This document shows, piece by piece, positions 1 to 11,483 of a stretch of 64,000 bases of DNA. The notes under the pieces were generated by a model that was not told the DNA's origin, did not search any database, and saw only the letters and a list, made by a program, of their open reading frames with translations. How positions within the stretch are numbered: the stretch's first letter is position 1; each line of letters begins with the position of its first letter. Source of the DNA: the human T2T-CHM13v2.0 reference genome, Homo sapiens. Location of the stretch: assembly GCF_009914755.1 (NCBI RefSeq), contig NC_060940.1; one strand, given 5' to 3'. The translations under genes were made by a program, and so were the position numbers.

Positions 1-55
1 TTGGAAACACTCTGTTTGGAAAGTCTGCACGTGGATATTTTGACCTCTTTGAGGC

Positions 56-72
56 CTTCGTTGGAAACGGGT
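56..72 (+). promoter_or_regulatory. CENP-B box (first of roughly 190 box positions, one per ~340 bp)
   Basis: cttcgttggaaacgggt keeps the core nTTCGnnnnAnnCGGGn. Confidence 0.95.
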
Positions 73-395
73 TTTTTTCATGTAAGGCTAGACAGAAGAA
101 ATCTCAGTAACTTCCTTGTGTTGTGTGTATTCAACTGACAGAGTTGAACCTTCCTTTAGACAGAGCAGATTCGAAACACTCTTTTTCTGCAATTTGCAAG
201 TGGAGACTTCAAGCGCTTTGAGGCCAAAGGCAGAAAAGGAAATATCTTCGTATAAAAACCCGACAGAATCATTCTCAGAAACTGCTCTGTGATGTGTGCG
301 TTCAACTCACAGAGTTTAACTTTTCTTTTCATTCAGCAGTTTGGAAACACTCTGTTTGTAAAGTCTGCAAGTGGATATCTTGGCCTCTTAGAGGC

Positions 396-412
396 CTTCG
401 TTGGAAGCGGGT
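396..412 (+). promoter_or_regulatory. CENP-B box of m1 (AAGCGGG allele, core intact)
   Basis: cttcgttggaagcgggt. Confidence 0.9.
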
Positions 413-466
413 TTTTTCATGTAAGGATAGACAGAGGAATTCCCAGTAACTTCCTTGTGTTGTGTG

Positions 467-489
467 CATTCAACTCACAGAGTTGAATG
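467..489. other. Perfect inverted repeat in m2 (10-bp arms, 3-nt loop), once per HOR
   Basis: cattcaactc-aca-gagttgaatg; the arms are exact reverse complements. Confidence 0.9.
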
Positions 490-734
490 ATTCTTTACAC
501 AGAGCACATTTGAGACACTCTTTTGGTGGAATTTGTAAGTGGAGAATTCAGCCGCTTTGAGGTCAACGATAGAAAAGCAAATATCTTCGTATAAAAACTA
601 GACAGAATGATTCTCAGAAACTGTTTTGTGATGTGTGCGTTCAACTCACAGAGTTTAACCTTTCTTTTCAAAGAGCAGTTAGGAAACACTCTGTTTGTAA
701 AGTCTGCAAGTGGATATTCAGACCTCTTTGAGGC

Positions 735-751
735 CTTCGTTGGAAACGGGA
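735..751 (+). promoter_or_regulatory. Canonical CENP-B box of m3. Identical boxes in m5 (1075-1091) and m7 (1415-1431); the m9 box (1755-1771) ends in T
   Basis: cttcgttggaaacggga is an exact match to YTTCGTTGGAARCGGGA. Confidence 0.97.
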
Positions 752-1968
752 TTTCTTCATATTATGCTAGACAGATGAATTCTCAGTAACTTCCTTGTGT
801 TGTGTGTATTCAACTCACAGAGTTAAACGATCCTTTACACAGAGCAGATTTGAAACACTGTTTTTCTGGAATTTGCAAGTGGAGATTTCAGCCCCTTTGA
901 GGTCAATGGTAGAAAAGGAAATATCTTCGTATAAAAACTAGACAGAATGATTCTCAGAAACTCCTTTGTGATGTGTGCGTTCAACTCACAGAGTTTAACC
1001 TTTCTTTTCACAGAGCAGTTAGGAAACACTCTGTTTGTGAAGCCTGCCAGTGGATATTCGGACCTCTTTGAGGCCTTCGTTGGAAACGGGATTTCTTCAT
1101 ATTATGCTAGACAGAAGATTTCTCAGTAACTTCTTTGGGTTGTGTGTATGCAACTCACAGAGTTCAACCTTCCTTTAGACAGAGCAGATTTGAAACACTC
1201 TTTTTGTGGAATTTGCAAGTGGAGATTTCAAGCGCTTCGATACCAATGGTAGAAAAGGAAATATCTTCGTATAAAAACAAGACAAACTCGTTCCCAGACA
1301 CTGCGTAGTGATGTGTGTGTTTAACTCACAGAGTTTAACCTTTCTTTTCATACAGCATTCTGGAAACCCTGTGTTTGTAAAGTCTGCAAGTGGATATTTG
1401 GACCTCTTAGATGCCTTCGTTGGAAACGGGATTTCTTCATATAATGCTAGAGGGAAGAATTCTTAGTAACTTCTTTGTGTTGTGTGTATTCAACTGACAG
1501 AGTTGAACCTTCCTTTAGACAGAGCAGATTTGAAAGTCTCTTTTTGTGGAATTTGCAAGTGGAGATTTCAAGCGCTTTGAGGCCAAAAGCAGAAAAGGAA
1601 ATATTTTCCTATAAAAACTCGACAGAATCTTTCTCAGAAACTGCTCTGGGACGTGTGCGTTCAACTCACAGAGTTTAACTTTTCTTTTCATTCAGCAGTT
1701 TGGAAACACTCTGTTTGGAAAGTCTGCACGTGGATATTTTGACCTCTTTGAGGCCTTCGTTGGAAACGGGTTTTTTTCATGTAAGGCTAGACAGAAGAAA
1801 TCTCAGTAACTTCCTTGTGTTGTGTGTATTCAACTGACAGAGTTGAACCTTCCTTTAGACAGAGCAGATTCGAAAGACTCTTTTTCTGCAATTTGCAAGT
1901 GGAGACTTCAAGCGCTTTGAGGCCAAAGGCAGAAAAGGAAATATCTTCGTATAAAAACCCGACAGAAT

Positions 1969-3328
1969 CATTCTCAGAAACTGCTCTGTGATGTGTGCGT
2001 TCAACTCACAGAGTTTAACTTTTCTTTTCAGTCAGCAGTTTGGAAACACTCTGTTTGTAAAGTCTGCAAGTGGATATCTTGGCCTCTTAGAGGCCTTCGT
2101 TGGAAACGGGTTTTTTCATGTAAGGTTAGACAGAGGAATTCCCAGTAACTTCCTTGTGTTGTGTGCATTCAACTCACAGAGTTGAATGATTCTTTACACA
2201 GAGCAGATTTGAGACACTCTTTTGGTGGAATTTGTAAGTGGAGAATTCAGCCGCTTTGAGGTCAACGGTAGAAAAGGAAATATCTTCGTATAAAAACTAG
2301 ACAGAATGATTCTCAGAAACTCCTTTGTGATGTGTGCGTTCAACTCACAGAGTTTAACCTTTCTTTTCACAGAGCAGTTAGGAAACACTCTGTTTGTGAA
2401 GCCTGCCAGTGGATATTCGGACCTCTTTGAGGCCTTCGTTGGAAACGGGATTTCTTCATATTATGCTAGACAGAAGATTTCTCAGTAACTTCTTTGTGTT
2501 GTGTGTATGCAACTCACAGAGTTCAACCTTCCTTTAGACAGAGCAGATTTGAAACACTCTTTTTGTGGAATTTGCAAGTGGAGATTTCAAGCGCTTCGAT
2601 GCCAATGGTAGAAAAGGAAATATCTTCGTATAAAAACAAGACAAACTCGTTCCCAGACACTGCGTAGTGATGTGTGTGTTTAACTCACAGAGTTTAACCT
2701 TTCTTTTCATACAGCATTCTGGAAACCCTGTGTTTGTAAAGTCTGCAAGTGGATATTTGGACCTCTTAGATGCCTTCGTTGGAAACGGGATTTCTTCATA
2801 TAATGCTAGAGGGAAGAATTCTTAGTAACTTCTTTGTGTTGTGTGTATTCAACTGACAGAGTTGAACCTTCCTTTAGACAGAGCAGATTTGAAAGTCTCT
2901 TTTTGTGGAATTTGCAAGTGGAGATTTCAAGCGCTTTGAGGCCAAAAGCAGAGAAGGAAATATTTTCCTATTAAAAACTCGACAGAATCTTTCTCAGAAA
3001 CTGCTCTGGGATGTGTGCGTTCAACTCACAGAGTTTAACTTTTCTTTTCATTCAGCAGTTTGGAAACACTCTGTTTGGAAAGTCTGCACGTGGATATTTT
3101 GACCTCTTTGAGGCCTTCGTTGGAAACGGGTTTTTTTCATGTAAGGCTAGACAGAAGAAATCTCAGTAACTTCCTTGTGTTGTGTGTATTCAACTGACAG
3201 AGTTGAACCTTCCTTTAGACAGAGCAGATTCGAAACACTCTTTTTCTGCAATTTGCAAGTGGAGACTTCAAGCGCTTTGAGGCCAAAGGCAGAAAAGGAA
3301 ATATCTTCGTATAAAAACCCGACAGAAT
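1969..3328 (+). repeat. 8-mer HOR variant class X (lacks m3+m4), 1360 bp including a 1-bp insertion
   Basis: m2 end (caacggtag) is followed directly by m5 (aaactcctttg...gaagcctgccag). Extra T in cctattaaaaa near 2971. Confidence 0.93.
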
Positions 3329-6300
3329 CATTCTCAGAAACTGCTCTGTGATGTGTGCGTTCAACTCACAGAGTTTAACTTTTCTTTTCATTCAGCAGTT
3401 TGGAAACACTCTGTTTGTAACGTCTGCAAGTGGATATCTTGGCCTCTTAGAGGCCTTCGTTGGAAACGGGTTTTTTCATGTAAGGTTAGACAGAGGAATT
3501 CCCAGTAACTTCCTTGTGTTGTGTGCATTCAACTCACAGAGTTGAATGATTCTTTACACAGAGCAGATTTGAGACACTCTTTTGGTGGAATTTGTAAGTG
3601 GAGAATTCAGCCGCTTTGAGGTCAACGGTAGAAAAGGAAATATCTTCGTATAAAAACTAGGCAGAATGATTCTCAGAAACTGTTTTGTGATGTGTGCGTT
3701 CAACTCACAGAGTTTAACCTTTCTTTTCAAAGAGCAGTTAGGAAACACTCTGTTTGTAAAGTCTGCAAGTGGATATTCAGACCTCTTTGAGGCCTTCGTT
3801 GGAAACGGGATTTCTTCATATTATGCTAGACAGATGAATTCTCAGTAACTTCCTTGTGTTGTGTGTATTCAACTCACAGAGTTGAACGATCCTTTACACA
3901 GAGCAGATTTGAAACACTGTTTTTCTGGAATTTGCAAGTGGAGATTTCAGCCGCTTTGAGGTCAATGGTAGAAAAGGAAATATCTTCGTATAAAAACTAG
4001 ACAGAATGATTCTCAGAAACTCCTTTGTGATGTGTGCGTTCAACTCACAGAGTTTAACCTTTCTTTTCACAGAGCAGTTAGGAAACACTCTGTTTGTGAA
4101 GCCTGCCAGTGGATATTCGGACCTCTTTGAGGCCTTCGTTGGAAACGGGATTTCTTCATATTATGCTAGACAGAAGATTTCTCAGTAACTTCTTTGTGTT
4201 GTGTTTATGCAACTCACAGAGTTCAACCTTCCTTTAGACAGAGCAGATTTGAAACACTCTTTTTGTGGAATTTGCAAGTGGAGATTTCAAGCGCTTCGAT
4301 GCCAATGGTAGAAAAGGAAATATCTTCGTATAAAAACAAGACAAACTCGTTCCCAGACACTGCGTAGTGATGTGTGTGTTTAACTCACAGAGTTTAACCT
4401 TTCTTTTCATACAGCATTCTGGAAACCCTCTGTTTGTAAAGTCTGCAAGTGGATATTTGGACCTCTTAGATGCCTTCGTTGGAAACGGGATTTCTTCATA
4501 TAATGCTAGAGGGAAGAATTCTTAGTAACTTCTTTGTGTTGTGTGTATTCAACTGACAGAGTTGAACCTTCCTTTAGACAGAGCAGATTTGAAAGTCTCT
4601 TTTTGTGGAATTTGCAAGTGGAGATTTCAAGCGCTTTGAGGCCAAAAGCAGAAAAGGAAATATTTTCCTATAAAAACTCGACAGAATCTTTCTCAGAAAC
4701 TGCTCTGGGATGTGTGCGTTCAACTCACAGAGTTTAACTTTTCTTTTCATTCAGCAGTTTGGAAACACTCTGTTTGGAAAGTCTGCACGTGGATATTTTG
4801 ACCTCTTTGAGGCCTTCGTTGGAAACGGGTTTTTTTCATGTAAGGCTAGACAGAAGAAATCTCAGTAACTTCCTTGTGTTGTGTGTATTCAACTGACAGA
4901 GTTGAACCTTCCTTTAGACAGAGCAGATTCGAAACACTCTTTTTCTGCAATTTGCAAGTGGAGACTTCAAGCGCTTTGAGGCCAAAGGCAGAAAAGGAAA
5001 TATCTTCGTATAAAAACCCGACAGAATCATTCTCAGAAACTGCTCTGTGATGTGTGCGTTCAACTCACAGAGTTTAACTTTTCTTTTCATTCAGCAGTTT
5101 GGAAACACTCTGTTTGTAAAGTCTGCAAGTGGATATCTTGGCCTCTTAGAGGCCTTCGTTGGAAACGGGTTTTTTCATGTAAGGTTAGACAGAGGAATTC
5201 CCAGTAACTTCCTTGTGTTGTGTGCATTCAACTCACAGAGTTGAATGATTCTTTACACAGAGCAGATTTGAGACACTCTTTTGGTGGAATTTGTAAGTGG
5301 AGAATTCAGCCGCTTTGAGGTCAACGGTAGAAAAGGAAATATCTTCGTATAAAAACTAGACAGAATGATTCTCAGAAACTGTTTTGTGATGTGTGCGTTC
5401 AACTCACAGAGTTTAACCTTTCTTTTCAAAGAGCAGTTAGGAAACACTCTGTTTGTAAAGTCTGCAAGTGGATATTCAGACCTCTTTGAGGCCTTCGTTG
5501 GAAACGGGATTTCTTCATATTATGCTAGACAGATGAATTCTCAGTAACTTCCTTGTGTTGTGTGTATTCAACTCACAGAGTTGAACGATCCTTTACACAG
5601 AGCAGATTTGAAACACTGTTTTTCTGGAATTTGCAAGTGGAGATTTCAGCCGCTTTGAGGTCAATGGTAGAAAAGGAAATATCTTCGTATAAAAACTAGA
5701 CAGAATGATTCTCAGAAACTCCTTTGTGATGTGTGCGTTCAACTCACAGAGTTTAACCTTTCTTTTCACAGAGCAGTTAGGAAACACTCTGTTTGTGAAG
5801 CCTGCCAGTGGATATTCGGACCTCTTTGAGGCCTTCGTTGGAAACGGGATTTCTTCATATTATGCTAGACAGAAGATTTCTCAGTAACTTCTTTGGGTTG
5901 TGTGTATGCAACTCACAGAGTTCAACCTTCCTTTAGACAGAGCAGATTTGAAACACTCTTTTTGTGGAATTTGCAAGTGGAGATTTCAAGCGCTTCGATG
6001 CCAATGGTAGAAAAGGAAATATCTTCGTATAAAAACAAGACAAACTCGTTCCCAGACACTGCGTAGTGATGTGTGTGTTTAACTCACAGAGTTTAACCTT
6101 TCTTTTCATACAGCATTCTGGAAACCCTCTGTTTGTAAAGTCTGCAAGTGGATATTTGGACCTCTTAGATGCCTTCGTTGGAAACGGGATTTCTTCATAT
6201 AATGCTAGAGGGAAGAATTCTTAGTAACTTCTTTGTGTTGTGTGTATTCAACTGACAGAGTTGAACCTTCCTTTAGACAGAGCAGATTTGAAAGTCTCTT

Positions 6301-9300
6301 TTTGTGGAATTTGCAAGTGGAGATTTCAAGCGCTTTGAGGCCAAAAGCAGAAAAGGAAATATTTTCCTATAAAAACTAGACAGAATCTTTCTCAGAAACT
6401 GCTCTGGGACGTGTGCGTTCAACTCACAGAGTTTAACTTTTCTTTTCATTCAGCAGTTTGGAAACACTCTGTTTGGAAAGTCTGCACGTGGATATTTTGA
6501 CCTCTTTGAGGCCTTCGTTGGAAACGGGTTTTTTTCATGTAAGGCTAGACAGAAGAAATCTCAGTAACTTCCTTGTGTTGTGTGTATTCAACTGACAGAG
6601 TTGAACCTTCCTTTAGACAGAGCAGATTCGAAACACTCTTTTTCTGCAATTTGCAAGTGGAGACTTCAAGCGCTTTGAGGCCAAAGGCAGAAAAGGAAAT
6701 ATCTTCGTATAAAAACCCGACAGAATCATTCTCAGAAACTGCTCTGTGATGTGTGCGTTCAACTCACAGAGTTTAACTTTTCTTTTCATTCAGCAGTTTG
6801 GAAACACTCTGTTTGTAAAGTCTGCAAGTGGATATCTTGGCCTCTTAGAGGCCTTCGTTGGAAACGGGTTTTTTCATGTAAGGTTAGACAGAGGAATTCC
6901 CAGTAACTTCCTTGTGTTGTGTGCATTCAACTCACAGAGTTGAATGATTCTTTACACAGAGCAGATTTGAGACACTCTTTTGGTGGAATTTGTAAGTGGA
7001 GAATTCAGCCGCTTTGAGGTCAACGGTAGAAAAGGAAATATCTTCGTATAAAAACTAGACAGAATGATTCTCAGAAACTGTTTTGTGATGTGTGCGTTCA
7101 ACTCACAGAGTTTAACCTTTCTTTTCAAAGAGCAGTTAGGAAACACTCTGTTTGTAAAGTCTGCAAGTGGATATTCAGACCTCTTTGAGGCCTTCGTTGG
7201 AAACGGGATTTCTTCATATTATGCTAGACAGATGAATTCTCAGTAACTTCCTTGTGTTGTGTGTATTCAACTCACAGAGTTGAACGATCCTTTACACAGA
7301 GCAGATTTGAAACACTGTTTTTCTGGAATTTGCAAGTGGAGATTTCAGCCGCTTTGAGGTCAATGGTAGAAAAGGAAATATCTTCGTATAAAAACTAGAC
7401 AGAATGATTCTCAGAAACTCCTTTGTGATGTGTGCGTTCAACTCACAGAGTTTAACCTTTCTTTTCACAGAGCAGTTAGGAAACACTCTGTTTGTGAAGC
7501 CTGCCAGTGGATATTCGGACCTCTTTGAGGCCTTCGTTGGAAACGGGATTTCTTCATATTATGCTAGACAGAAGATTTCTCAGTAACTTCTTTGTGTTGT
7601 GTGTATGCAACTCACAGAGTTCAACCTTCCTTTAGACAGAGCAGATTTGAAACACTCTTTTTGTGGAATTTGCAAGTGGAGATTTCAAGCGCTTCGATGC
7701 CAATGGTAGAAAAGGAAATATCTTCGTATAAAAACAAGACAAACTCGTTCCCAGACACTGCGTAGTGATGTGTGTGTTTAACTCACAGAGTTTAACCTTT
7801 CTTTTCATACAGCATTCTGGAAACCCTGTGTTTGTAAAGTCTGCAAGTGGATATTTGGACCTCTTAGATGCCTTCGTTGGAAACGGGATTTCTTCATATA
7901 ATGCTAGAGGGAAGAATTCTTAGTAACTTCTTTGTGTTGTGTGTATTCAACTGACAGAGTTGAACCTTCCTTTAGACAGAGCAGATTTGAAAGTCTCTTT
8001 TTGTGGAATTTGCAAGTGGAGATTTCAAGCGCTTTGAGGCCAAAAGCAGAAAAGGAAATATTTTCCTATAAAAACTCGACAGAATCTTTCTCAGAAACTG
8101 CTCTGGGATGTGTGCGTTCAACTCACAGAGTTTAACTTTTCTTTTCATTCAGCAGTTTGGAAACACTCTGTTTGGAAAGTCTGCACGTGGATATTTTGAC
8201 CTCTTTGAGGCCTTCGTTGGAAACGGGTTTTTTTCATGTAAGGCTAGACAGAAGAAATCTCAGTAACTTCCTTGTGTTGTGTGTATTCAACTGACAGAGT
8301 TGAACCTTCCTTTAGACAGAGCAGATTCGAAACACTCTTTTTCTGCAATTTGCAAGTGGAGACTTCAAGCGCTTTGAGGCCAAAGGCAGAAAAGGAAATA
8401 TCTTCGTATAAAAACCCGACAGAATCATTCTCAGAAACTGCTCTGTGATGTGTGCGTTCAACTCACAGAGTTTAACTTTTCTTTTCATTCAGCAGTTTGG
8501 AAACACTCTGTTTGTAAAGTCTGCAAGTGGATATCTTGGCCTCTTAGAGGCCTTCGTTGGAAACGGGTTTTTTCATGTAAGGATAGACAGAGGAATTCCC
8601 AGTAACTTCCTTGTGTTGTGTGCATTCAACTCACAGAGTTGAATGATTCTTTACACAGAGCAGATTTGAGACACTCTTTTGGTGGAATTTGTAAGTGGAG
8701 AATTCAGCTGCTTTGAGGTCAACGGTAGAAAAGGAAATATCTTCGTATAAAAACTAGACAGAATGATTCTCAGAAACTGTTTTGTGATGTGTGCGTTCAA
8801 CTCACAGAGTTTAACCTTTCTTTTCAAAGAGCAGTTAGGAAACACTCTGTTTGTAAAGTCTGCAAGTGGATATTCAGACTTCTTTGAGGCCTTCGTTGGA
8901 AACGGGATTTCTTCATATTATGCTAGACAGATGAATTCTCAGTAACTTCCTTGTGTTGTGTGTATTCAACTCACAGAGTTGAACGATCCTTTACACAGAG
9001 CAGATTTGAAACACTGTTTTTCTGGAATTTGCAAGTGGAGATTTCAGCCGCTTTGAGGTCAATGGTAGAAAAGGAAATATCTTCGTATAAAAACTAGACA
9101 GAATGATTCTCAGAAACTCCTTTGTGATGTGTGCGTTCAACTCACAGAGTTTAACCTTTCTTTTCACAGAGCAGTTAGGAAACACTCTGTTTGTGAAGCC
9201 TGCCAGTGGATATTCGGACCTCTTTGAGGCCTTCGTTGGAAACGGGATTTCTTCATATTATGCTAGACAGAAGATTTCTCAGTAACTTCTTTGTGTTGTG

Positions 9301-10124
9301 TGTATGCAACTCACAGAGTTCAACCTTCCTTTAGACAGAGCAGATTTGAAACACTCTTTTTGTGGAATTTGCAAGTGGAGATTTCAAGCGCTTCGATGCC
9401 AATGGTAGAAAAGGAAATATCTTCGTATAAAAACAAGACAAACTCGTTCCCAGACACTGCGTAGTGATGTGTGTGTTTAACTCACAGAGTTTAACCTTTC
9501 TTTTCATACAGCATTCTGGAAACCCTGTGTTTGTAAAGTCTGCAAGTGGATATTTGGACCTCTTAGATGCCTTCGTTGGAAACGGGATTTCTTCATATAA
9601 TGCTAGAGGGAAGAATTCTTAGTAACTTCTTTGTGTTGTGTGTATTCAACTGACAGAGTTGAACCTTCCTTTAGACAGAGCAGATTTGAAAGTCTCTTTT
9701 TGTGGAATTTGCAAGTGGAGATTTCAAGCGCTTTGAGGCCAAAAGCAGAAAAGGAAATATTTTCCTATAAAAACTAGACAGAATCTTTCTCAGAATCTGC
9801 TCTGGGATGTGTGCGTTCAACTCACAGAGTTTAACTTTTCTTTTCATTCAGCAGTTTGGAAACACTCTGTTTGGAAAGTCTGCACGTGGATATTTTGACC
9901 TCTTTGAGGCCTTCGTTGGAAACGGGTTTTTTTCATGTAAGGCTAGACAGAAGAAATCTCAGTAACTTCCTTGTGTTGTGTGTATTCAACTGACAGAGTT
10001 GAACCTTCCTTTAGACAGAGCAGATTCGAAACACTCTTTTTCTGCAATTTGCAAGTGGAGACTTCAAGCGCTTTGAGGCCAAAGGCAGAAAAGGAAATAT
10101 CTTCGTATAAAAACCCGACAGAAT
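3329..10124 (+). repeat. Four canonical 10-mers (U3-U6)
   Basis: Landmark spacing 1699 bp x4. Confidence 0.95.
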
Positions 10125-11483
10125 CATTCTCAGAAACTGCTCTGTGATGTGTGCGTTCAACTCACAGAGTTTAACTTTTCTTTTCATTCAGCAGTTTGGA
10201 AACACTCTGTTTGTAAAGTCTGCAAGTGGATATCTTGGCCTCTTAGAGGCCTTCATTGGAAACGGGTTTTTTCATGTAAGGTTAGACAGAGGAATTCCCA
10301 GTAACTTCCTTGTGTTGCGTGCATTCAACTCACAGAGTTGAATGATTCTTTACACAGAGCAGATTTGAGACACTCTTTTGGTGGAATTTGTAAGTGGAGA
10401 ATTCAGCCGCTTTGAGGTCAACGGTAGAAAAGGAAATATCTTCGTATAAAAACTAGACAGAATGATTCTCAGAAACTCCTTTGTGATGTGTGCGTTCAAC
10501 TCACAGAGTTTAACCTTTCTTTTCAAAGAGCAGTTAGGAAACACTCTGTTTGTAAAGTCTGCAAGTGGATATTCAGACCTCTTTGAGGCCTTCGTTGGAA
10601 ACGGGATTTCTTCATATTATGCTAGACAGATGAATTCTCAGTAACTTCCTTGTGTTGTGTGTATTCAACTCACAGAGTTGAACGATCCTTTACACAGAGC
10701 AGATTTGAAACACTGTTTTTCTGGAATTTGCAAGTGGAGATTTCAGCCGCTTTGAGGTCAATGGTAGAAAAGGAAATATCTTCGTATAAAAACTAGACAG
10801 AATGATTCTCAGAAACTCCTTTGTGATGTGTGCGTTCAACTCACAGAGTTTAACCTTTCTTTTCATACAGCATTCTGGAAACCCTGTGTTTGTAAAGTCT
10901 GCAAGTGGATATTTGGACCTCTTAGATGCCTTCGTTGGAAACGGGATTTCTTCATATAATGCTAGAGGGAAGAATTCTTAGTAACTTCTTTGTGTTGTGT
11001 GTATTCAACTGACAGAGTTGAACCTTCCTTTAGACAGAGCAGATTTGAAAGTCTCTTTTTGTGGAATTTGCAAGTGGAGATTTCAAGCGCTTTGAGGCCA
11101 AAAGCAGAAAAGGAAATATTTTCCTATAAAAACTCGACAGAATCTTTCTCAGAAACTGCTCTGGGATGTGTGCGTTCAACTCACAGAGTTTAACTTTTCT
11201 TTTCATTCAGCAGTTTGGAAACACTCTGATTGGAAAGTCTGCACGTGGATATTTTGACCTCTTTGAGGCCTTCGTTGGAAACGGGTTTTTTTCATGTAAG
11301 GCTAGACAGAAGAAATCTCAGTAACTTCCTTGTGTTGTGTGTATTCAACTGACAGAGTTGAACCTTCCTTTAGACAGAGCAGATTCGAAACACTCTTTTT
11401 CTGCAATTTGCAAGTGGAGACTTCAAGCGCTTTGAGGCCAAAGGCAGAAAAGGAAATATCTTCGTATAAAAACCCGACAGAAT
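10125..11483 (+). repeat. 8-mer class Y (m5/m7 hybrid, m6 lost), also carrying an m5/m3 hybrid monomer
   Basis: m5 start joined to m7 body (catacagcattctgg) within 10838-10865. Its m3 begins with m5-type aaactcctttg at 10478. Confidence 0.92.

Larger units (their letters stand above)
270..1968 (+). repeat. Representative canonical 10-mer HOR (1699 bp), probably human chr16 D16Z2 / S1C16H1L. Approximate monomers: m1 270-437, m2 438-608, m3 609-777, m4 778-948, m5 949-1117, m6 1118-1288, m7 1289-1457, m8 1458-1628, m9 1629-1797, m10 1798-1968
   Basis: The same landmark recurs every 1699 bp (289, 1988; 3348, 5047, 6746, 8445, 10144; 20337 to 35628). Ten distinguishable monomers and a single GATC per unit (829-832). 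A 1.7-kb 10-mer in SF1 is the known organisation of D16Z2 (recalled, not aligned). Confidence 0.82.
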
